Assembly: GCA_037447605.1 (NCBI GenBank)
Contig: CM074805.1
Span: 1,893,361-1,957,360, forward strand
Direction of reading: 5' to 3'
DNA length: 64,000 bases
From: Zygnema circumcarinatum SAG 698-1b
Lineage: Eukaryota > Plantae > Zygnematophyceae
How positions within the stretch are numbered: the stretch's first letter is position 1; every line of letters starts with the position of its first letter. The position numbers and the translations under genes were made by a program. Below, in pieces: positions 1-18,083 of this stretch. The notes beneath the pieces are model-generated. The model searched no databases. It saw only the letters and a program-made list of their open reading frames with translations, and was not told where the DNA came from.

Positions 1-56
1 TCTGCCCTGAAACTCAGCCTCTGATAGGATGGTGGCGGACAGGGCGGCGCCTGCAG

Positions 57-1540
57 GCCCGCATTGCTCACTACGGCTCCATCAGCCTTATTGCAGAGCC
101 ATGCCGCTCTGCTCATGTAGCTTTCATGGATGCTGCACGAGCTTCTGGTGCCCTACTCTCTTATGATCCAAACTTGCGACTGCCACTTTGGTCCTCTGCT
201 GATGAGGCTCGCACGGAAATCAGGAGCATATGGAATCAGGCGCAGGTGATTAAGGTGCGCCGTTCTGTTGCTTTCCCTGGAACAACTGAACTATTTTAAA
301 CGCAATCTGCATTCTTTATTATCTGTTCTCAATTCAGCAATGGGGCTGTGCGGTTTCCAAACAGGTCCGTTTTTGCAATGTGATAGAACGGTGGAGGAGG
401 GAAGTTTGAATGGTTTGGTAGACCTTGAAGGAATGGTTTGATTTATTGCAGGTAAGTGAGGAGGAGATTACATTCTTGACTGAAGGAGGGGACCCCTACA
501 GCGATGAGGCAGCCCGAGCTCTTTTCCACGACAACCTTGTCGCCTTGCTGGTCACGGAAGGCAGTGCGGGCTGCCGTTACTACACGCAGGTGATGACTCC
601 TCCGCAGTCAGAAGAGATCCCTCCTTTTTACAGACTTAGGGGCATTGCTTGCGCCTTTTGCAAGAGTTTGCCACTCTCATGATGGCCTCTATGTTCGGCA
701 TGTTCATGTTCATTACTACTTTCGATTATCGCATGCAGGAATTTCAAGGCCGTGTTCCAGGCTTCAAGGTGGAAGCAGTGGATACGACCGGAGCAGGTGA
801 TGCCTTTGTCGCAGGCTTTCTAAAAAAGCTGGCGGAGGACAGGAGCCAATTGAAGGTCAGTGCAAAATCCCATGAATCACAGCAAAATCCTTGTTCATGT
901 TGGCTTAATGTCTGTACAAATAGTTTGGGACGCCAACGTGTATGATGGAGAGGTTACGGGTTCTACCCCACTGACCGGCGTGGCATCACATCCTAATTAC
1001 TATTTAGGAGAAGCTAAAGCAGTGCAGCGGTATCAAAAGCAATACCTCCGACCAGCCCCCAAGCGTCCCAATTGATCAGTTGCTTGGTATGTCACTCGTT
1101 TTTTGTCAAAGTTTGGACATGATGGAGCCCTCCGGAATACAGTATTTCGCCTTTGCAGTAGGAGCAGTGGTTTTTTGTGAGGCGGAGAAACAGAGCGACG
1201 TGGTCAGACAGTTATAGAGGAGGAATTGAGAGGTATTCAAAATTCATGTTCTTCACCATCAAGAAGTTCATGCTAATGAGGCTTTTCAAGAACTTGTAGA
1301 AGAAAGCTAGCAGGATAGCAACGCGACCTGTTACATGTATATTATGGAACCTCTGAAAGGTGAACTCTCCTTGACCTGCACGTCAGCTGGGGCTTGAGGG
1401 AACAGGATGAGGGCAAACTGCGAGAAACACTTCAATTTGCGAATGCTTGTGGGGCTCTCGCTACCACAGAGAGAGGGGCGATACCTGCGCTACCTACACC
1501 AGCCAAAGTGGAAACGCTTCTCACAAAAATAGCTGTCTAA
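57..1540 (+). CDS. FRK: pfkB-family fructokinase, 3' portion (5' exons lie outside the window); exons ~57-254, 452-589, 739-855, 1406-1540
   Basis: Spliced translation gives [42 protein letters not shown] (PfkB signature) and [20 protein letters not shown], ending TKIAV-TAA at 1540; GT-AG borders are in frame. Confidence 0.93.
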
Positions 1541-2514
1541 ACACAGCCTTCTGCTAATATCATTCTGATACTTTCCGAGCCATAACTTCCCCCCCTTCTT
1601 GCGAGCAATTACATAGCAATGGCAATAATTGTGCTTTCATTGTGCTTTAATTGTGCTACCAGGGCAGTGATTAGTTTAGGGTGGCTGTCTGTTTACGTGC
1701 ACGTGTGGTTTGTTGTGAGATCCTATGCCCACGCTCATGCTGCAAGTGCGAAACTAAGTTGTGCTACAACAGGAAACTAGCAATTGTGTTTCCCCTTTTC
1801 TGCTTGTTTCTAGCGTTGTTGCTTAATAAGGAACATCATAATACACAAGGCCTTAAAGAATCTCGAAAGAATGTTTACAACAATGTAGGAGATAATTCTA
1901 TTGGGAATTGCACTTGTCTCACAAAAAAATCAACAAATTCAGTCAAATTGTATCCAAAACGCCTTTCCATACGAAATGAACACTACCGGAGGAGCCTTCA
2001 CCTACACTGCCTTCCGTGACCAGCGGAATTTGCCGTTTAGACCTCCGATCTTCCTTGCTCTTTGAACCAAATACAAAGCAGAGTCTGAGTTCTTGGCAGG
2101 CATGTTGTTAAGACTTCCCTTTGCCTTTCTCAGAATGTTGTCCTTGTTGTTAAATTGACCCAGGTCCTTCCTACTAACTTCACCCTCTGCCATCTCTGCA
2201 AGTTTGAAACAAACTGCCCCTCAAATGCACACACGGAAAGAGCAAAATAATCCAAAAACATGAACACCTAGAAAAGTAAAAGCAAGGGGAAACGACGACG
2301 ACCTCAAAACTTCCTTAATAAAGAATGGGAAAATAACAAGCAATAAGTTTAGCTCTCAAGCTTCTACTTTTGCACTGACTAGCCGCCCCAACTTCCTGCT
2401 GCCCATATAGCCAGGCAACCGCACTCAGCACCCAAGCTAAGCTACAGCTGAATTAAGTTAAGCAAATCATAAATAAATCCTTCTTGAATACTAAGCGCTT
2501 CATCACTCGGCGGC

Positions 2515-5500
2515 TCTCCCTCCCTCCCTCCCTCCTCCTTCGGTGCCACTAAAAGCCGAGGGAGAGAGGGCCTGTAAGGGGCGCCATGGCCGCCTTCGCG
2601 CTTCCTCGCAGTCTTGCTTTGCTCGGGGAGGGAGTTACAGATGGCTCGGATGCTTGATGCCGCCACTCGTCGTCATTGCTTCTAGGATTTCGGCATCTGA
2701 AGACTGAATATTGGAAGAGACTGCGCTTCAGGAGTTGTGCGGCAATGCAAGAGACATCGCAGCGGGGAGGCCAGGAAGTGAAACTGTCGCGAGGGCGGAA
2801 CAAGGGTACAGGTGTGTGAGCTCGCAGCGTTTGTCAGAAGAGCTCAGGGTTACTCTTTTTGTTGTTAGCATTTTGGAAACTATCTCAGCGAGATTTGAGC
2901 GAAAATCGCAAGATGAAATGTAGGAAAAGCACGTTCCACGATGAGAATCGAGAAACCGTAGTACCGCTGTCTATCGGTGCGCGTGAAAAATTCTCGGCGG
3001 AGGAATTATCCTTGAGCAACGTGCCATGTATTTCCCCTCTAGAGGCGTGGAGAGCAACCGCATTTCAAACGATCCGAAGCTTCTGTTGTAGAGCTGACTT
3101 CTCAAACGAATGGGAATTGCTTCCCTTTATCCACTGGCCTAACTGCAGATGATTGCAATGTATATCTGTATTTACCATCATGAATTCCAAATTTTCTGCC
3201 GAAGCTCTTTGCTTTTGTTTGGGACATTGTGAATTGCTCTTTGTGTTTCGCTTCAACCACAACCATATTCACCTGCATCGACTCCTGCTGTTTGATTCTG
3301 ATTATGAAAATCTGATTCACTTGCGTCAGCCATGAACATCAGCAAACATGCCCTATGTTCAATTTGTGTCCTATGATTCCTATTTTCAAGATTTGAATGA
3401 AAGTTGTCATGGTTGCATAAATTCCTTTTCCGGATACGGCCAAATCTACATCTGGTTACGCGTTCCTCAACGCGGGCGGCGTCATTTCTTGGAGTTTGAA
3501 ACTGCTATCTTCTACCGAATCTGAGTACATGGCTGCGTGTCACGCCGCCAGGGAGGCTGTGTGGATCGCGCTGTTCTTTGAGGAATGTGACCGACCACAA
3601 TTCCCAGTGCAGATTCTGTCGGACAACAAATCTTCGATCGCGCTCATTTTGAGAACCCAGTACAATATTTCATCGGAAGAGCAAGCATATCAAGATCCAG
3701 TATCACTTTACGAGAGAGTTGGTGGATGCGGGAGAAATCGCGGTGTCATTTGTACGGACGACTGACATGGGCGCAGATATGCTGACGAAGGGAGTCGCGG
3801 GACCGACAATGTGGAGGAACAATCACCTCCTCGGATTGGGGCCCTATCCAGCCTAGCCCCAAGAGGGGGATTGTTGTACAGCGCTAGAGACCGTACAACT
3901 TATGGGACATAGACTCTCTAGGTCATGAAGGACTTGGGACTTAGGCGCGGACGCCAAGCGACAAGGTTGGTCGCACGGGCGCGGACGCGAAACGTCCTAC
4001 AAATTCATGGGACCGTGACGTGACGAACGGAAACATTATTCGGGCGTACGGACGACGGCGAAGCGCGACGCGACTNNNNNNNNNNTCTCCCTCCCTCCCT
4101 CCCTCCTCCTTCGGTGCCACTAAAAGCCGAGGGAGAGAGGGCCTGTAAGGGGCGCCATGGCCGCCTTCGCGCTTCCTCGCAGTCTTGCTTTGCTCGGGGA
4201 GGGAGTTACAGATGGCTCGGATGCTTGATGCCGCCACTCGTCGTCATTGCTTCTAGGATTTCGGCATCTGAAGACTGAATATTGGAAGAGACTGCGCTTC
4301 AGGAGTTGTGCGGCAATGCAAGAGACATCGCAGCGGGGAGGCCAGGAAGTGAAACTGTCGCGAGGGCGGAACAAGGGTACAGGTGTGTGAGCTCGCAGCG
4401 TTTGTCAGAAGAGCTCAGGGTTACTCTTTTTGTTGTTAGCATTTTGGAAACTATCTCAGCGAGATTTGAGCGAAAATCGCAAGATGAAATGTAGGAAAAG
4501 CACGTTCCACGATGAGAATCGAGAAACCGTAGTACCGCTGTCTATCGGTGCGCGTGAAAAATTCTCGGCGGAGGAATTATCCTTGAGCAACGTGCCATGT
4601 ATTTCCCCTCTAGAGGCGTGGAGAGCAACCGCATTTCAAACGATCCGAAGCTTCTGTTGTAGAGCTGACTTCTCAAACGAATGGGAATTGCTTCCCTTTA
4701 TCCACTGGCCTAACTGCAGATGATTGCAATGTATATCTGTATTTACCATCATGAATTCCAAATTTTCTGCCGAAGCTCTTTGCTTTTGTTTGGGACATTG
4801 TGAATTGCTCTTTGTGTTTCGCTTCAACCACAACCATATTCACCTGCATCGACTCCTGCTGTTTGATTCTGATTATGAAAATCTGATTCACTTGCGTCAG
4901 CCATGAACATCAGCAAACATGCCCTATGTTCAATTTGTGTCCTATGATTCCTATTTTCAAGATTTGAATGAAAGTTGTCATGGTTGCATAAATTCCTTTT
5001 CCGGATACGGCCAAATCTACATCTGGTTACGCGTTCCTCAACGCGGGCGGCGTCATTTCTTGGAGTTTGAAACTGCTATCTTCTACCGAATCTGAGTACA
5101 TGGCTGCGTGTCACGCCGCCAGGGAGGCTGTGTGGATCGCGCTATTCTTCGAGGAATGTGACCGACCACAATTCCCAGTGCAGATTCTGTCGGACAACAA
5201 ATCTTCGATCGCGCTCATTTTGAGAACCCAGTACAATATTTCATCGGAAGAGCAAGCATATCAAGATCCAGTATCACTTTACGAGAGAGTTGGTGGATGC
5301 GGGAGAAATCGCGGTGTCATTTGTACGGACGACTGACATGGGCGCAGATATGCTGACGAAGGGAGTCGCGGGACCGACAATGTGGAGGAACAATCACCTC
5401 CTCGGATTGGGACCCTATCGAGCCTAGCCCCAAGAGGGGGATTGTTGTACAGCGCTAGAGACCGTACAACTTATGGGACATAGACTCTCTAGGTCATGAA

Positions 5501-5646
5501 GGACTTGGGACTTAGGCGCGGACGCCAAGCGACAAGGTTGGTCGCACGGGCGCGGACGCGAAACGTCCTACAAATTCATGGGACCGTGACGTGACGAACG
5601 GAAACATTATTCGGGCGTACGGACGACGGCGAAGCGCGACGCGACT
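2515..5646. repeat. Near-identical 1561-bp direct duplication (2515-4075 / 4086-5646) separated by a 10-N gap
   Basis: Constant offset of 1571. Only four differences were spotted by eye (3573/5144, 3579/5150, 3841/5412, 3849/5420). The gap sits exactly at the junction. Confidence 0.95.
3427..4075 (+). mobile_element. Ty1/copia LTR-retrotransposon 3' remnant (RNase H, PPT, start of 3' LTR), copy 1, cut by the gap
   Basis: Frameshifted KSTSGYAFLNAGGVISWS..LSSTESEY..ILSDNKSSIAL..KHIKIQYHFTRE..ADMLTKG, then polypurine tract AAGAGGGGGA (3861-3870) and LTR start TGTTG at 3872. Confidence 0.88.
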
Positions 5647-5869
5647 GAGGGCGGAGCGCGAAATGTGAACGGAGGCGCGACGTGACAAAACAACCCCGTA
5701 AAAGTATTGGAGAACTATATACCGCCCCCCTTTTTTGGTTATCCCGCCACTGTTTTTTTGAAATCCGACCCTCCCATTTCGGCTATTCTGCCCCCTGTTT
5801 TGAAATATCCCGCCCCCCCCCATTTTGGATATTCCCCCCCGTTTTCTCCTTCTCACACATCAGCGCAAC

Positions 5870-6252
5870 GTTCGAGAGAGAGAGCAAAGGAGAGAAAGAG
5901 AGTGAGCAGAGGAGTGAAAGCAAAGGAGAGAGAGACTAGAGTAGAGAGCACAGGAGAGAGCAAAGGTGAGAGAAGAGAGAGGGAGCAAAGGAGCGAGAGC
6001 CGAGGGGAGAGAGTATAGAGGAGAGAGAAAGAGCAAAGGAGTGAGAGTAGGGGAGAGAGAGACTAGAGGAGAGAGCAAAGGAGAGAGAGAGAGAGTGAGT
6101 AGAGGAGTGAGAGCAAAGGAGAGAGAGACTAGAGGAGAGAGCACAGGAGAGAGAGACTAGAGGAGAGAGCACAGGAGAGAGCAAAGGAGAGAGAGAGAAT
6201 GAGCAGAGGAGAGAGAGTAGAGGAGAAAAAGACTAGAGGAGAGAGAGCAGAG

Positions 6253-6287
<35 letters not shown>

Positions 6288-6455
6288 CAAAAGAGCGAGA
6301 GCCGAGGAGAGAGAGTATAGAGGAGAGAGCAAAGGAGAGAGAAGAGAGAGAGAGAGCAAAGGAGCGAGAGCCGAGGAGAGAGAGTATAAAGGAGAGAGCA
6401 AAGGAGCGAGAGAGAGTGAGTAGAGGAGTGAGAGCAAAGGAGAGAGAGACTAGAG
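5870..6455 (+). repeat. GA-rich degenerate tandem repeat (GAGAGAGCAAAGGA / GAGACTAGAGGA units) inside the MULE
   Basis: Visible directly; almost entirely purine on the + strand. Confidence 0.9.
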
Positions 6456-6462
6456 GACAACA

Positions 6463-6720
6463 GACAGATTTTACAATCCACGTGTCCTTCTTGGAAAACG
6501 TCGCCCTGATCTCGAAAGGGCAATTTTTCAAGCGGATGGAAGTATTCCTCTTCTTACTACTCTCTTCCAGACCTCTGTCCTCGTAGGTCCCCCCGCTATA
6601 GCATTGTAGGTACAGTCGGCGGCTATCGCTATGCTTGCCGATCTTGATGTGAAATCCTTCCTGCTTGTAGTGCTTAGTCAAGACTTGTACAAGCTCATCG
6701 CGAGTCTTATACTCAGTCAT
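6463..6720 (-). pseudogene. FAR1-type DNA-binding domain fragment of a MULE transposase
   Basis: [44 protein letters not shown]...SIRLKNCPFEIRATFSKKDTWIV fits the FAR1 pattern (Y/F...GF.I...C...CP..I.A....W.V). No DDE domain follows. Confidence 0.7.
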
Positions 6721-6744
6721 TTGTGTGGAGATTGCAAACCGAGA

Positions 6745-7335
6745 GGAAGAAAGGAAGGAGGGGGTGGGCAGGGGAGGGGTGGGCAGGGGAGGGGAGGGAG
6801 GGAAGGGGAGGGGAGGGAGGGGTGGGCAGGGGAGGGAGGGGAGGGGAGGGGAGGGGAGGGAGGGAGGGGTGGGCAGGGGAGGGGAGGGGTGGGCAGGGGA
6901 GGGGAGGGGAGGGAGGGGAGGGGAGGGAGGGGTGGGCAGGGGAGGGGAGGGGAGGGGAGGGAAGGGAGGGAGGGAGGGGTGGGCAGGGGAGGGGAGGGGT
7001 GGGCAGGGGAGGGAGGGGAGGGGAGGGGAGGGGAGGGAGGGGTGGGGAGGGGAGGGGAGGGAGGGGTGGGCAGGGGAGGGGAGGGGAGGGGTGGACAGGG
7101 GAGGGAGGGGAGGGGTGGGCAGGGGAGGGAGGGGTGGAGCAGGGGAGGGAGGGGAGGGGAGGGGAGGGGAGGGAGGGAAGGGAGGGAGGGAGGGGTGGGC
7201 AGGGGAGGGGAGGGAGGGAGGGGAGGGGAGGGGAGGGAGGGGAGGGGAGGGGAGGGGAGGGCAGGGGAGGGGAGGGAAGGGGAGGGGAGGGAGGGGAGGG
7301 CAGGAGGGGAGGGGAGCGGACGGGAGGGGCGGGAA
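6745..7335 (+). repeat. G-run tandem repeat (GGGGA / GGGA / GGGGTGGGCAGGGGA units) inside the MULE
   Basis: Visible directly; dozens of G3-G4 runs with 1-2 nt spacers. Confidence 0.9.
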
Positions 7336-8365
7336 AGAAATATTCAAAAAAGGGGGGCCATCTCCTCCCGAAATATCCAAAATGGGGGAGGGGGGCAGAA
7401 TAGCCGAAATGGGAGGGTCGGATTTCAAAAAAACAGTGGCGGGATAACCAAAAAGGGGGGCGGTATATAGTTCTCCAAAAGTATTAGAGCCAACATTCCC
7501 GTGTTGGTACTTTTGGTGTTCCATTTGTTGATTTTCAAGCATTTGGCTGGATTATCCTGTTTAGAATCTGCTTATGGTGCACCAAAATTGCGTTATGCAG
7601 GCTGCGGCTACGGCCAACCCTAATCGCAGGCAGGCCCGGGCGGGCGCCGGGCGCGCGTCCCGCAGCAACCCTATCTGTAACTGCGGCCACAATCATTGGC
7701 AATTGCTGGTGCGCCTACCAATGGTAACAACCAGCGATTGGCAATGGTTGGCCGCGCACCCCAATCAATGGCGCCAACCAACACTTTTAAGGTGGTCGAA
7801 CCATCCAACCATTGCCAAGAGAGAGGTTGCAACCCGCGGCTCGACCCTCCAATGGTTGTGCCTCAACATGAGCCGTTGAACCATTGACACGACACGAGGC
7901 GTTTCTCAAGCAAAAGTTTGAACACAAAATTGTGGAGACTTAATCGAGTCCCCAACCGTTGAACCGTTGCTAATGGTTAACGACCACTGCATCTGCCAAC
8001 GAATGGTTGCAATCGTTGGTAGCTGGCTGGCTCTGCCAACGAATGGCTGCTGTGGTTGTAAAAACCATTGAATGAATCAACCAACCATTGGGGTTTTCCA
8101 TCGGTTGATCCATCGGTTGGTACCAGGGCACATTCACTTGCAAGATGTGAGTCTGGACCTGCGCTGCACCGCTCCATCCACAGCGCTTCAGCCGCAGAAC
8201 CCCTCTCCTGGAAGCAAGCAAAGTGAAGGGTGCGGCCTTGGAAGCAGCACCCACGACAAGCAGAAACAGGAGGGCGAGTTGGCCCCCCTGCATCAGGAGC
8301 TCGCTTGCTTCGCATTGCAGTAGGAGTAGTGGCATAAGGCTGGGTGTGAGGGTGTGCAGCGGGTG

Positions 8366-15478
<7,113 letters not shown>

Positions 15479-17035
15479 CTTTGTAGTGCCGGATTTGAGG
15501 AGAGGCCACGTTACAGGATACAAAAGTTTTGGAAAATAAGTGGCATGCTGGAGTCTAGCTTCATCGTTCCACTTTGGAAGTTTAGCAGAGGGGGTGTGAC
15601 CAACAACAGTCAGTGGTGATGAATGTATGTTTTGTTTTCCCGGAAAAGAAGTTAGTGGTGCGACTTTTAACAATGAGCTTCGAGTGTGCTATGATGGACA
15701 TATATGTAATGAGCATGCAAGGACTTCAGCCACCAATAATCGGCGAGTTGTTGAGAGCCATCCTGCGCGCCCATCAGGCGGAGCTTCGAAATATCGACTA
15801 GCTGCTCCGTTCCTCTGTTCCTTAAATTCTTCAGTTTGCGGAGGCTTCTTCGCGACTGTTGCAAAAGATGGAAGGTGCTGATGATGCATGGATTCGAGGA
15901 TCTGTAACAATTGGGCATCTTATTGGTTACAATAGTTCGTTAGCAAGAGAGCAAGCAAGAAAAGCCCATTCTGAGTGCTGAAAACAGAGGGTCAACTTTT
16001 GCGGCATTAGTTCATACAGTGGCCGGCCAAAGTCAATGTATTGCATCTATGTTGTCGTGCGCCAGTCAATCTTGCCAGCGTCTTGTCGCAAATTGATGTC
16101 TCTACTGCCCCCCCATGCATGCATAAAACAGATCAGCCCTTGTTGCAACTCCAAATGGGCCAGCGCCAAAAGCTTTGAGGCAGAATCTGCAGACCTGCAG
16201 CTATATGTGCAGATTATGACGAATACGACGGCGAAGAAGCTGGAGCAGTCAGATTAACAGATTGAAGAAGTAAATATCAGACTTTCTTAAGGTGCTAGTG
16301 GGATCCTGCACGCCCTACTGAACATAGAAGCGGATGCTTCTCCTATTAGGTAGACGTGCAAACGTGTTGTTTAAGCCTACATCATCAACATAATTCTGAG
16401 TGGGCCAGTCAAAGGGCTGAGTATGCATAACCAGAACTGTCGTAAGGGCCAGGCTTTGGTTACAATTGTTTTTGTTGTTGTTGTGAATGGTTTATTTTCG
16501 CTGCATCGTGCATGCAACAGATGCATCTCACAGCCCCAATGTATGTGCACCTATTTCTGTGAGCTTAGTAATGATGGGGCAACTGTTGGCAGTAATATGA
16601 TGATGCCACCCATCGATAACGTTGTACTGCAAATGCCTTACTGCCCAAAGTGCAGCCTTTTCAACATCTCACCCTAACTCTTATAAATATCAGATATATT
16701 CACAGGTTGTAGGAAGTTTGAATAAATCTGCAACCCGCACTGCGTATCGACGACCCTTTCTGTAGAGCAAAGTACGAGATATAGGTTGAGATCTTCTCAA
16801 CCATTGTTTAAAAACCCGGAGCTTAACGGTTTCAATGCCTTCTTAAACTAATCTACCGCTCTGCATCTAGCACATTCGAAGCACCGAACGAACCCACAGA
16901 GAGAAATCCCCACAGCCTTGGTCAGGTAATCATTACTACCCCAGTGCTATCCAAAAGCATCATAGAAGCGTGAAAGTTTAACATACCTCGTTCTGTGAAT
17001 CATCCCACCCACAATCCTCTCAATTCACAAACCAC

Positions 17036-17044
17036 AAACCCTAA
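17036..17044. promoter_or_regulatory. Telo-box (AAACCCTAA) in a probable minus-strand 5' leader exon whose donor (GAG|GTATGT) is at 16987/16986
   Basis: Exact motif, next to a GC-rich promoter-like region at ~17300-17650. Confidence 0.45.
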
Positions 17045-17834
17045 ACCCAAACCTCAAAAGTATGTTTAACGATGTATCAGCCCACGCCGCCCCCACCCCT
17101 CCCCTCCCCTCGCCTCCCCTCCCCTCCAGACCAGGCCGTAAGACCAGAGGCCACCCGAAGCTGTAAAGACGAGTGGTTCCGTGACTCGAACTCGTCCAGC
17201 CCCCACGGTCCCACCGACAATACCTGTCATTACCCGTTTTACCCGCCAACCGCTCCCGAATGCTCGCCCTTCCGGCGTCCGTCGTACGGAGGACGTCAAA
17301 ATGCACAAAGTCCTTACTCCCATTCGACAGATCTGAACCGCCGCCAGAAAGGACAAATTATCGCATCATGCAGATAAAACGGTTACCCTAATGACAAATT
17401 CTCTTTCAACCGCCCGCCCGTCCGATTGGGCCCGCTCTGTCGTCTGAATCGAATCGCGTTAGAATAACCGTCCGATTTTTCGGGATCGATGGTCCCGAAA
17501 CGTAGTCTCCAGCCTTTGACCGTTAGTCGTTGACGTGGTGACGGTTGTGGCGGTTGGAGGACCCGCCCTTCGGCCCGGGACTTCCCCCTGGCGGCCACCC
17601 ACGCAGGGCTGTGCGCTCTCAATATTGAGGCTCGCGCCTGCTCCTCTCTCTCCGTCTTCAGAGCTTCTCTCTTCTGCAATCCCTGCTTAGATTTCTATAA
17701 GTATCTTTTTGGTTTAGGGTTGCGGGGGCGTCTGTCAAGCATCTCGCCGAGCGAAAGGAAGGAAGGAAGGAAAGGAAAGGAAAGGAAAAGGGAGGAAGGA
17801 AGGAAGCGTGTTCTGTTGCATCAGGGCGTTCAAG

Positions 17835-18083
17835 ATGGTGAAGGATCTTTCTGTTACAGAGATAGTGGTGATTGCAGCGCTGTGTGTGCTGCCCGTAGTC
17901 ATGGGCATGCTGCTGGTGATCATTGCAGTCTGCCAGAAGACGGGAACAAGCGACGTTGAGTCGTGGCCGTCGGAGGGAGACGAAGAGCAGCAACTTGAAA
18001 CAGGGCCGAGTTCAGAACAAGTACCGCCTGAAAATTACGACTACGATGCTGCAGAGGTTGATGACGGAAGAAACAGGAGGTGA
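17835..18083 (+). CDS. Orphan 82-aa single-pass membrane microprotein with an acidic tail
   Basis: ATG in context CAAG-ATG-G. MVKDLSVTEIVVIAALCVLPVVMGMLLVIIAVCQKTG is a ~23-aa hydrophobic helix followed by basic residues, then an E/D-rich tail. Single exon. No family recognised. Confidence 0.55.
   Translation: MVKDLSVTEIVVIAALCVLPVVMGMLLVIIAVCQKTGTSDVESWPSEGDEEQQLETGPSSEQVPPENYDYDAAEVDDGRNRR

Larger units (their letters stand above)
5709..7476. mobile_element. Non-autonomous Mutator-like (MULE) DNA transposon
   Basis: ~87-bp near-perfect TIRs starting GGAGAACTATATACCGCCCCCC (5709-5795 vs 7391-7476), with a further match CCCCCATTTTGGATATT inside. Perfect 9-bp TSD AAAAGTATT at 5700-5708 and 7477-7485. 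Contains a FAR1-like fragment. Confidence 0.9.
4998..7495 (+). mobile_element. Ty1/copia remnant, copy 2, with a complete ~276-bp 3' LTR (5443-5708 + 7486-7495) interrupted by a Mutator element
   Basis: Same RNase H motifs. PPT is followed by TGTTG at 5443, and the matching LTR end CAACA is at 7491-7495, just past the Mutator right TSD. Confidence 0.8.

Noticed and set aside
5682-7542. Long Pro/Leu/Ser- and Gly/Arg/Glu-rich ORFs (e.g. 6157-7542 minus, 6631-7470 plus) resembling extensin or formin
   Set aside because: They are translations of GA and GGGA simple repeats inside the MULE. Only the FAR1 segment looks like real protein.
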